Assembly: GCA_963727525.1 (NCBI GenBank)
Contig: CAVSGO010000007.1
Location: 1,312,001 to 1,376,000 of the forward strand
Length of the DNA: 64,000 bases
Direction of reading: 5' to 3'
Source of the DNA: an uncultured bacterium
Lineage (GTDB): Bacteria > Krumholzibacteriota > Krumholzibacteriia > LZORAL124-64-63
Position 1 is the first letter of the stretch. Each line of letters starts with the position of its first letter. Both the position numbers and the translations under genes were made by a program. Below the pieces are notes generated by a model. It was given only the letters and a program-made list of their open reading frames with translations, was not told where the DNA came from and did no database searches. Below, one piece after another: positions 7,539 through 15,780 of this stretch.

Positions 7539-10283
7539 CTAGTCGTTCATGTGGGCCCGCAACCACATGTGGGCGCGGGTCGCCAGAATGTCCTCGACGG
7601 GCGAGAGCCACTGCCCTCGTGCGTCCTGGCCGTAGATGCCGGTGCGCGTCACTCGGCAGAAACGCGGCTCCGACAGAAGATCTCCGAACAGGGCCGCGAG
7701 GAAGTCATGGATCGGCAGCCCCGCTCCCTCGGCACCATGTCGCAAGCTCACGCACAGGGCGGGCAGTTCCTCGCCCCGGGTGTTCGACGGCTCCCAGGTC
7801 GGACCCGGCGCCCAGACGATCGCCCGCGCGTCGACCTCGACGTCCCCCTTGGGACGCCGGCGCAGGAACGGCCAGCGGTCGGCCGCAAGAAACGCGGCCA
7901 CCGCGGCCCGTGCCGCGTCGGGATCGGGGCCCCCGTCCGCGCGCGTCGGCAACGCCACCCGGTAATCGAGGCGCTGGGCGCTCGCCTCGATGGACGGCGG
8001 CGTGACGGTGCCCACGATCACGGCACGATTCACCGCGAGCCCGGCCGTCAGCGCCCGGTCCAGCCGCGGCCCCACGCCGGCCTCGTCCCACTGGAACGCG
8101 ACATCGAGGACCTCGTGCTCGCCGGCAACGCCGACCGCGAGTGGCGGACCGAACTTCATCAACGGATGAGGATGATAGCCCTTGCTGTAGGCAACGGGCA
8201 AGCCAGAACGGCGCAGGGCGAGCTGAAGGTGGCGCTGGAAATCGAGATGGCCGAGGGTGACCATGGCACCGATCTTGGCATACTCCAGGCGATACCACAC
8301 TTTGGCCGAGGCTTGCTCGCGCCAGTGGCGCCAGCGGTCGGCACGGGCCGGGTCTGTCTCGGGAGGCCGATAGGTTGGGCCGCGCCCGCCGTCCGGCTCC
8401 GCGCCCGGCGCGTGGTCCGCCAGGGCCTGGGCGGCCACCGAGAGCGGCTGTAAGGTGGCCATCACATGCCCGAGGCCCTCGTCGCAGGCGGCACAGGCCA
8501 CGCAGTCGCCCTCCAGACGGCAGTCCGGCGTCGTCTTTCCCGCCAGGGCAGCTTCCCATTCGCGCCGCAGAAACTCGGGCGAAACCGGGCCGGCGATCGT
8601 CGCCCACGGCAGGGGCGATCCTGGATCCCGCGGCGCCAACCACGCGGCACCGTCGATCCCGCACGCCGTGATCGCGGCGTCCCAGCGGGCGAAGTCGAAG
8701 GACTCGTCCCAGGCATCGAACCGTGCGCCGCGGCGCCACGCGTCCTGCACGACGTCGGCGAGTCGCTCGTCGCCAAGGCCGAGCAACGCCTCGAGGAAGC
8801 TCACCTCCGGTTCGCGCAGGCTCACCTTCACGTGCAAGCGGCGCAGCCGCTTCGCGAGATACAGGTTGCGCCGCGCAATCTCCTCGCGCGGGATCTGTCC
8901 GGCCCACTGGAACGGGGTGTGCGCCTTGGGCGCGAAGGGTGATATCGAGACGTGGATCTGCCCCCCGCCCTGTGGCGCCAAGCCCACCAGCCGGCCCACC
9001 AGGGCCACGATGCCGTCGAGGTCGTCGTTCGTCTCGGTGGGAAGACCGATCATGAAGTACAGCTTCATGGATTTGACGCCGCCGCGAAACGCCTCCTTCG
9101 CGGTATGCACGATGTCCTCGTCGGCGATGCGCTTGTTGATCACGTCGCGCAGGCGCTGCGTGCCCGCCTCCGGCGCGAACGTGAAGCTCGCCGGACGTTC
9201 GCGACTGATCCGCCCGTAGAGTTCGGCGTCGACCGAGTCGACCCGCAGGCTCGGTAACACCAGGTTGGTGCGCGTGCCGGCCAGGGTGTCCTGGATGCCG
9301 GCCACCGCGGGACCGAGGGCGCTATAATCCGACGTGGAGAGTGACAGCAGGCCTACCTCGAGATGTCCCGTCTGCCGGGCCGTGCGCTCGGCCGCCGAAA
9401 CGACGGCATCGACGTCGCGCTCGCGTACGGGTCGCTGAATCATGCCGGCCTGGCAAAAGCGGCAGCCGCGGGCGCACCCGCGCATCACCTCGATGGCCAC
9501 GCGGTCGTGCACGGGTTCGATCACCGGCACGAGCCCGTCCGGCGGCGGTACCTGGTTGAGGTCGGCGAGCACACGTACGGCGATGGGCGCCGAGACGCCA
9601 GGATGCCACACGCCAGGCATGGCGTGCAGAGCGGCGAGCGTGCGCGCGCGGTCCCAGCCACGGGCGCGGGCATCGGCCACGAGGGTCGCCACGTCGGTGA
9701 TCGCCTCCTCTCCATCGCCGGGCAGGACAGCATCGCAGAAAGGCCCCATCACAGTGGGATTCATGGCGAACGAGCCCCCTGCGATGACGAGGGGATCGCC
9801 TTCGCCGCGGGCGGAGGCGCGCAGAGGCAGACCGGCGAGGTCAAGCATCGTGAGCACGTTCGTGTAGCCCAGCTCGTAACCCAGCGAGAAACCGATCACG
9901 TCGAAGGCGCGCGCCGGACGCCGCGACTCCAGACCGAAGAACGGCAGCTCCTCGCGGCGGAGCGCGTCCTCCATGTCGGGCCAGACCGCAAAGCCCAGAT
10001 CGCAGAAGGTGTCGGGCCATTCGTTCAGCCGCCCGTACAGCACGCGCAGACCGGTGTGGGACATGCCCACCTCGTAGGCGTCGGGGAAGCAAAGCAGGAC
10101 GTTGGCGCCCGTCTCGCGCCAGCGCGTGCCAGGCGTGGCGCCCTCCTCGCCGCCGATGTACCGGCCCGGGCGGCTCACGAGCGGTAGCACGCGGTCGAGC
10201 AGGGTGCGCGACAGGGTGGCGGGGTCGTCGAAGCGGGATGCGGGGCGGTACGGACCGCCCTCGCCAGTTGCGAGCTTGTTCAT
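7539..10283 (-). CDS. TIGR03960-type B12-binding radical SAM protein fused to a TIGR03936/DUF2344-type domain
   Basis: FPDAYEVGMSH, RGCARGCRFC (CxxxCxxC), TFAPEAGTQRLR. C-terminal GHLDFQRHLQLALRRSGLPVAYSKGYHPHP. Lies upstream of rng. Confidence 0.88.
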   Translation of the reverse strand: MNKLATGEGGPYRPASRFDDPATLSRTLLDRVLPLVSRPGRYIGGEEGATPGTRWRETGANVLLCFPDAYEVGMSHTGLRVLYGRLNEWPDTFCDLGFAVWPDMEDALRREELPFFGLESRRPARAFDVIGFSLGYELGYTNVLTMLDLAGLPLRASARGEGDPLVIAGGSFAMNPTVMGPFCDAVLPGDGEEAITDVATLVADARARGWDRARTLAALHAMPGVWHPGVSAPIAVRVLADLNQVPPPDGLVPVIEPVHDRVAIEVMRGCARGCRFCQAGMIQRPVRERDVDAVVSAAERTARQTGHLEVGLLSLSTSDYSALGPAVAGIQDTLAGTRTNLVLPSLRVDSVDAELYGRISRERPASFTFAPEAGTQRLRDVINKRIADEDIVHTAKEAFRGGVKSMKLYFMIGLPTETNDDLDGIVALVGRLVGLAPQGGGQIHVSISPFAPKAHTPFQWAGQIPREEIARRNLYLAKRLRRLHVKVSLREPEVSFLEALLGLGDERLADVVQDAWRRGARFDAWDESFDFARWDAAITACGIDGAAWLAPRDPGSPLPWATIAGPVSPEFLRREWEAALAGKTTPDCRLEGDCVACAACDEGLGHVMATLQPLSVAAQALADHAPGAEPDGGRGPTYRPPETDPARADRWRHWREQASAKVWYRLEYAKIGAMVTLGHLDFQRHLQLALRRSGLPVAYSKGYHPHPLMKFGPPLAVGVAGEHEVLDVAFQWDEAGVGPRLDRALTAGLAVNRAVIVGTVTPPSIEASAQRLDYRVALPTRADGGPDPDAARAAVAAFLAADRWPFLRRRPKGDVEVDARAIVWAPGPTWEPSNTRGEELPALCVSLRHGAEGAGLPIHDFLAALFGDLLSEPRFCRVTRTGIYGQDARGQWLSPVEDILATRAHMWLRAHMND

Positions 10284-11759
10284 TCAGTCCCTGTCGTAGG
10301 ATGCGCGATCGGCCTGGTCGCCGCGCACCGCGGGAGCCTCGAGGCTGATCTCCGCTCCGGCGGCATGGCGATCGAATACGTCTTTCTGCGGCTCCTCCGC
10401 GAACGACACCGGATACTGGCCGGTGAAGCAAGCATTGCAGTAGCGATGTCCTTCCCCCGTCGCCTCGAGCAGTCCTTCGAGCGAGAGATAGTGCAGGGAG
10501 TCCACGCGCAGGTATGTGGCGATCTCGTCGACCGTATGGGTCGCGGCGATCAGCTCCTGCCGGTGCGGCGTGTCGATGCCATAGAAGCACGGATTGGTGA
10601 CGGGGGGCGAGGCGATGCGCAGGTGCACCTCGCGCGCGCCCGCGTTGCGCAGCAGCTTGACCAGCTTGCGCATCGTGGTGCCGCGCACGATCGAGTCGTC
10701 CACGACGACCACGCGCTTGCCGGCGAGCACCTCGCGCACGGGATTGAACTTGATGCGCACCGACATGTCGCGGACCTTCTGCGCCGGCGAGATGAATGTG
10801 CGTCCGACGTAGTGGTTGCGAATGAGCGCCAGCTCGAAGGGCAGACCGGTGGCGCGGGCGTAGCCGAGTGCTGCGGTGTTGCTGGAATCGGGCACGGCCA
10901 TCACGAGGTCGGCGTCGACGGGAGCTTCGCGACCCAGGATCTCACCGCTGCGTCGGCGCGCCCACTCCACGCTGACGCCGAAGACGCGGCTGTCCGGCCG
11001 CGAGAAATACACATGTTCGAAGACGCAGAACTTCTCGGGCTGGGACGGCGCGAGCCGCCGGCTGGACAGCTCGCCCTCGCCAAGCACGACCAGCTCGCCG
11101 GGTTCGATGTCGCGCAGGTACCGCGCGCCGATGATGTCGAAGGCGCAGCTTTCGCTGGCCACGACGTAGCTGTCCCGATAGCGGCCGAGGCAGAGCGGCC
11201 GGAACCCGAGGGGATCGCGCGCAGCGATGAGCTTGTCACACGTCAGCACGACCAGACTGTAAGCGCCCTGCACCCGGGGCAGCACCTCGGCCAGGGCATC
11301 GGCCACGGTGTCGGCGTGGCTGCGCGCAACCAGGTGCAGGATCACCTCGCTGTCGCTCGTCGTGGAGAAGATGGATCCGTCGGCCTCCATCGCCTTGCGT
11401 AGCTGGGGCGCGTTCACGAGGTTGCCGTTGTGCGCGAGGGAGATGGCCCCCTTCGCGCTCGCCACCTGGATCGGCTGGGCATTGATGAGCTGACTCGAAC
11501 CCGACGTACTGTAGCGCACGTGGCCGATGGCGAAGTTGCCGGTGAGCGTCTTGACCGTGCCCTCGTCGAAGACGTCGGCCACCAGGCCCATCCGCTTGTG
11601 CGTCGTGATGCGAAGCCCGTCGGCCACCGTGATGCCGGCACTCTCCTGCCCGCGATGCTGCAGCGCGTGCAACGCCAGGCTCGCCAGCTCCGCCGCCCCC
11701 TTCACACCGGCGATGCCGACGACCCCGCACTCCTCGCGCCAGTGCCGACCCTCACTCAT
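10284..11759 (-). CDS. purF: Amidophosphoribosyltransferase
   Basis: Propeptide followed by CGVVG, LQHRGQESAG, GHVRYST, HNGNL, VVVDDSIVRGTT, and Fe-S cysteines (FCVFE, PCFYG, CNAC). Confidence 0.97.
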   Translation of the reverse strand: MSEGRHWREECGVVGIAGVKGAAELASLALHALQHRGQESAGITVADGLRITTHKRMGLVADVFDEGTVKTLTGNFAIGHVRYSTSGSSQLINAQPIQVASAKGAISLAHNGNLVNAPQLRKAMEADGSIFSTTSDSEVILHLVARSHADTVADALAEVLPRVQGAYSLVVLTCDKLIAARDPLGFRPLCLGRYRDSYVVASESCAFDIIGARYLRDIEPGELVVLGEGELSSRRLAPSQPEKFCVFEHVYFSRPDSRVFGVSVEWARRRSGEILGREAPVDADLVMAVPDSSNTAALGYARATGLPFELALIRNHYVGRTFISPAQKVRDMSVRIKFNPVREVLAGKRVVVVDDSIVRGTTMRKLVKLLRNAGAREVHLRIASPPVTNPCFYGIDTPHRQELIAATHTVDEIATYLRVDSLHYLSLEGLLEATGEGHRYCNACFTGQYPVSFAEEPQKDVFDRHAAGAEISLEAPAVRGDQADRASYDRD

Positions 11760-12360
11760 GATTGCCTCCGACGGCTGCGGCGGTACGTACCGCGGTCAGC
11801 CAGCCATGCAAATGCGGATTGACGAGCAGCCCCTGATCGCCTGCGCGCGACACCGCCAGGCGATCGGCGAGGCGCCGCGGCGCGCGGCCCTCGGGCCGCA
11901 GCACGAGTCGCCACAGCACGCCCGAGAGCAGCGGCCCCGGCTCGCCGAGGGCGAACGACGCCACGTCCACGGCCACGAGATCGTCCGCCACGGCGCCACC
12001 GAGCAGGCTCTCGTGGAGATCATCGTCCGTCGCGCTCAGGGAGCTGGCGACCGGCACACCGGGCCAGCTCGCGTCGAGATCGGCCCCCGCGAGCGCGCCA
12101 CGCGCGAACCACGGATCACCCCCATCGGCCAGACGGAAATGGCCGAAGTGGTGCTTGTTCGGGTTGAAGTACCGCCCGATCGCGAGCAACGCGGCCACGT
12201 CCGGAGCGTCGGCTCCCTCCCAGAAGGTGTGCATCTCGCAGCGACGCAGCGCCACGAGCGCGTCGCCGCCCCCGAGATGGCGCTGCATCACGCGCACGGC
12301 CGTGGCCGCGTGCAGGTCGATGCCCTTGTGGCTCGTCAGCAACGTGATCTGTGCGCTCAT
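11752..12360 (-). CDS. Putative tandem PurS-like FGAM synthase subunit
   Basis: Sits between purL/Q and purF and overlaps the purF start. Each half ends in a PurS-like motif (YFNPNKH; LLVNPHLH). About 202 aa, roughly twice PurS. Confidence 0.55.
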   Translation of the reverse strand: MSAQITLLTSHKGIDLHAATAVRVMQRHLGGGDALVALRRCEMHTFWEGADAPDVAALLAIGRYFNPNKHHFGHFRLADGGDPWFARGALAGADLDASWPGVPVASSLSATDDDLHESLLGGAVADDLVAVDVASFALGEPGPLLSGVLWRLVLRPEGRAPRRLADRLAVSRAGDQGLLVNPHLHGWLTAVRTAAAVGGNHE

Positions 12361-12382
12361 GGGTGCTCCCACTCCGTCCTCG

Positions 12383-15300
12383 TCAGCATAGTTCCACCAG
12401 GCGTCGCAGCAACGGCATCCCGGGGCCTGCCCCACGTAGGGACTCCGCCCGCCCCGCGGCAAGGCGGCGCCGACTGCCCCAGGCCGACGGGAGATCCTCG
12501 GGCACCTGTGCCAGCAGCAGGGCGCGTTCCGGGTGCGGCATGAGGGCGAGCACGTTGCCGCCGGCGTTCGTCAGGCCGGCCACATCGTCGAGGGATCCAT
12601 TGGGATTGCCACCCGCGCCGCCATCGAATCCCCGGTAGCGCAGGGCCACGTAGCCCTCGGCCGCGAGTCGCGCGAAGAAGGCCGGATCCTCGTGCGTGAA
12701 CCGTCCCTCGGCGTGGGCCATGGGCAGCGGCACCTCGCCGTCGAGACCGGCCACGAACGCGCAGCGGCTGCCCATTGCGGGCGCGAGGTTGACCCACCGG
12801 GAGTAGTAGCCGCGACGCCCCGGCACGCGGTTGGTCGCCAGCGCCACTTCCACGGCGCCCGGCTCGATTCCCGGCACGATGCCGGCCTCCACGAGCACCT
12901 GGCAACCGTTGCAGATGCCGAGGATGGGCTTGCCACCGGACGCGGCGTCGCGCAACACGGAGAGCAGCGGATCCTTCGCCGCGACGGCGCCCGCACGCAC
13001 GCGATCCTGGTAGCTGAAGCCTCCCGGCACGAGGAAGCCGTCGAACCGGGCCAGGTGTGCGGCCGATCGCGTCCAGCGGAAGATCTCGGCGTCGGCGCCC
13101 ACATGCACGAGAGCCCGCGCCGACTCGTCCTCGCAGTTCACGCCGGCGAGTTGCACGACGGCGACTCGCGGCCGGCGGCCCAGATTAATGAGGGGTGCGG
13201 ATTCCGCGGCGGGCGCCGGCATCGCCCGCGCCGCCTCCGGGACCTGACGCACGGCGTCCTCACCGCCCCATAGCCGGGGCAGGCCGGTCTGCCATGCCCG
13301 CGCGAGCGCGTCCACCGCCACGGTCACGCGCTCGCCCCGCGGGCCCGTCACGTCGAGGGTGGGCTGTTCCGTCACGGCACCGAGCGGCCACCACGGCGCG
13401 CCCGCGAAGGACAGGAGCTTCTCCACCTCGGGCGCGGCCACCGCGGGCGCCGTCAGGAGGAATCCCCCGCGCTCGTTGAACAGGATCTCGCGCAGGCTGA
13501 GATCGTCGAGATCGGACGGGATCGTGAGGCTGGCGCCGCGCCGCATCTGCCCTTCGAGCCCGATGGCCATCTCGGCGAGCGCCACGGCCAGCCCGCCGTC
13601 GCTGATGTCGTGCACCGCGTTCGCGATGCCGGCGCGGACGAGCGAGAGCACGCCGTCGAGTTCCGCCCGTACGACGCCGAAGTCGACCGGGGGCACCGCC
13701 GGACGGCCGGCCTTGTAGCCGGCGTCGAGGTAGAGGCTGCCGCCGAGGTCCGCGCCGGGACGGCCCACGAGGTACAGTCGGTCGCCAGCCTCCTTGAGGC
13801 GCAGGCTCCGGCAGCGCGCGGCATCGTCCACCACGCCGACGCAGGCCACGATCGGCGACGGCGCCACCGAGCGGCCCGACGCGCTCTGATTGTAGAAGCT
13901 CACGTTGCCCGACACCACGGGCAGCGGCTCGCCCGGCGCCGAGAGGCGGCCGAGACCGCGGCACGCATCGCCGATGCCGCGCACGCCCTCGACGAAGGCG
14001 CCCATCGCACGAGGCTCCTCCGGGTTGCCGTAGTTGAGGCAGTCGGTGATGGCCGCTGGTTCGCCGCCCACGCACACGACGTTGCGGCAGGCCTCGATCA
14101 CGGCCATGGCCCCGGCCGTCCAGGGATCGGCGAGGCCCAGCAGGGGATTGCCGTCGGCCGCGATCGCCACGGCGCGCGCACAGCCCGGCAGGGGGGCCGT
14201 CACACCCGCGTCCGCCTCGCCGGGGCGCAGGATCGTGCTGGCTTGCACCTCGCTGTCGTAGTGCCGGAAAACGCACTCGCGGCTCGCCACGTTGGGATGC
14301 CCCATCAGGGCCTGCCACTCGTCGGCGATGGTCGACTCCGGCGCCTCGGGCAAGCGTGCGTCGGCCGGCACCTCCAGGCGCGGCGGCGACTCGGCGGCGC
14401 GATCGTAGCGGATGCCCTCGGTGATCGTGGCCACCGGCGCATCGCAGAGCATCTGATCGCCGAGGCGCAGCACGTAGCGCGTCTCGGCGGTGACGCGGCC
14501 GATGCGCCGCGCGCAGGCGCCGTCGTAAAGATCGGGCAGCGCGAAATCCTCGTTGTAGATGGCCAGCACGCGCTCCGTGAAGCGGGCCGGCACGGCGAGG
14601 CCGTAGCGCTCCTGCGTCTCGCTGCAGGCGATCACGCGCGCAGGCACGTCGCCGGGCGCCACGTGCACGTGGGCAAGATCGACGTCGCAGCCGAAGCCGC
14701 CGGCATCGCACAGCTCGCTCGTGACGCAGGCGATACCGCCGGCGCCGAGGTCCTTGAAGCCGATCGTCACTTGCTCGGCTGCGGCGAGATCGAGCACTGC
14801 GCGGTTGGCGACGCTGAGGATGCGTTTGAGGAACGGATCGGGCGTCTGGACGCTACCCTTGTTCTCGGTGGCGGCGGCGGCGTCGAGGGTGGCCGAGGCG
14901 AAGGCGGCGCCCCCCATGCCCGACCAGTCGGTGGGCTTGCCCACCAGGATCAGGTCGTAAGGCTCGTCATTGGCCTGCGACGGTACGGCGCTGTGGGTGA
15001 TGCGCGCCTGGTCCACCAGGCCGAGGGCCACGACGTTCACGAGACAGTTCTCGTCGAACGACGGATGGAAGACCACGTCGCCGCCGAGGTTCGGTACGCC
15101 CAGCGCATTGCCGTATTCCCAGATGCCGTTGACGACCTCGCGCGCGATGTCGAGGCGGTGCGCCGCGCCATGGTCGTCGGCGCTCTCGGCGAGGGGCCAG
15201 CCGAAACGCAGCGGATCGAGCACGCCGATGACCTCGGCGCCCATGCAGTAGACATCGCGTACGATACCACCGATGCCGGTGGCCGCGCCCTCGACGGGCA

Positions 15301-15661
15301 TGACCTGGCTGGGATGGTTGTGGCTCTCGTGGGCAATGACGATGCCCCAGCGCCGACCGTCGTGCTCGCCGAAGTCGACCACCCCGGCATCCTCAACAGG
15401 GCCGATGACGACGTTGGCGGCCCGGCTGGGCAGGTTCGCCTTGAGATGCGGCCGGCTGCTCTTGTAGGAGCAGTGTTCACTCCACATGGTGTCGAAGAGG
15501 GTCATCTCGCAGAGTGTCGGCTCGCGTCCGATCAGCTCGGCTACCCGACGCGCCTCGGCGGAGCTCAGGGTGAGTCCGCGCGCGCGCAACCAGGTGCGCA
15601 GGGTGTCGTCGTCGGATGCAAAGACCGGTACGGGGGCGAAACTCTCGTCGTGCGGCGCCAC
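12383..15661 (-). CDS. purL: Phosphoribosylformylglycinamidine synthase: small-type PurL fused to PurQ
   Basis: WSEHCSYKSS, HESHNHPS, DLGAGG, DCLNYGNP, HDISDGG. Then a glutaminase domain VNCE...GGFSYQD...GICNGCQ...AHAEG...MPHPER. GTG start after GGAGGG. Confidence 0.95.
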   Translation of the reverse strand: MAPHDESFAPVPVFASDDDTLRTWLRARGLTLSSAEARRVAELIGREPTLCEMTLFDTMWSEHCSYKSSRPHLKANLPSRAANVVIGPVEDAGVVDFGEHDGRRWGIVIAHESHNHPSQVMPVEGAATGIGGIVRDVYCMGAEVIGVLDPLRFGWPLAESADDHGAAHRLDIAREVVNGIWEYGNALGVPNLGGDVVFHPSFDENCLVNVVALGLVDQARITHSAVPSQANDEPYDLILVGKPTDWSGMGGAAFASATLDAAAATENKGSVQTPDPFLKRILSVANRAVLDLAAAEQVTIGFKDLGAGGIACVTSELCDAGGFGCDVDLAHVHVAPGDVPARVIACSETQERYGLAVPARFTERVLAIYNEDFALPDLYDGACARRIGRVTAETRYVLRLGDQMLCDAPVATITEGIRYDRAAESPPRLEVPADARLPEAPESTIADEWQALMGHPNVASRECVFRHYDSEVQASTILRPGEADAGVTAPLPGCARAVAIAADGNPLLGLADPWTAGAMAVIEACRNVVCVGGEPAAITDCLNYGNPEEPRAMGAFVEGVRGIGDACRGLGRLSAPGEPLPVVSGNVSFYNQSASGRSVAPSPIVACVGVVDDAARCRSLRLKEAGDRLYLVGRPGADLGGSLYLDAGYKAGRPAVPPVDFGVVRAELDGVLSLVRAGIANAVHDISDGGLAVALAEMAIGLEGQMRRGASLTIPSDLDDLSLREILFNERGGFLLTAPAVAAPEVEKLLSFAGAPWWPLGAVTEQPTLDVTGPRGERVTVAVDALARAWQTGLPRLWGGEDAVRQVPEAARAMPAPAAESAPLINLGRRPRVAVVQLAGVNCEDESARALVHVGADAEIFRWTRSAAHLARFDGFLVPGGFSYQDRVRAGAVAAKDPLLSVLRDAASGGKPILGICNGCQVLVEAGIVPGIEPGAVEVALATNRVPGRRGYYSRWVNLAPAMGSRCAFVAGLDGEVPLPMAHAEGRFTHEDPAFFARLAAEGYVALRYRGFDGGAGGNPNGSLDDVAGLTNAGGNVLALMPHPERALLLAQVPEDLPSAWGSRRRLAAGRAESLRGAGPGMPLLRRLVELC

Positions 15662-15702
15662 GATCCCTCCCTGGACGGCGTAAGGGAGCCCGAAGTGGTC
15701 CC

Positions 15703-15730
15703 CAATGTAACGCCCCCGCAGGGGAATTCA
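15703..15730 (-). promoter_or_regulatory. Candidate sigma70 promoter for purL
   Basis: Minus strand reads TTGAAT-16 nt-TACATT about 40 nt upstream of the purL start. Confidence 0.4.
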
Positions 15731-15757
15731 AACGGGGAAGGCGGCGGCCTTCCCCGT
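15726..15757 (-). terminator. Terminator after the FlgD/LVIVD gene
   Basis: 11-bp stem ACGGGGAAGGC/GCCTTCCCCGT, followed on the minus strand by TTGAATT. Confidence 0.65.
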
Positions 15758-15780
15758 GAACGTCCGCGCGGAAACCGGAT

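Noticed and set aside
15662-15730. Purine or ZTP riboswitch upstream of purL
   Set aside because: The leader is too short and shows no recognisable aptamer consensus.
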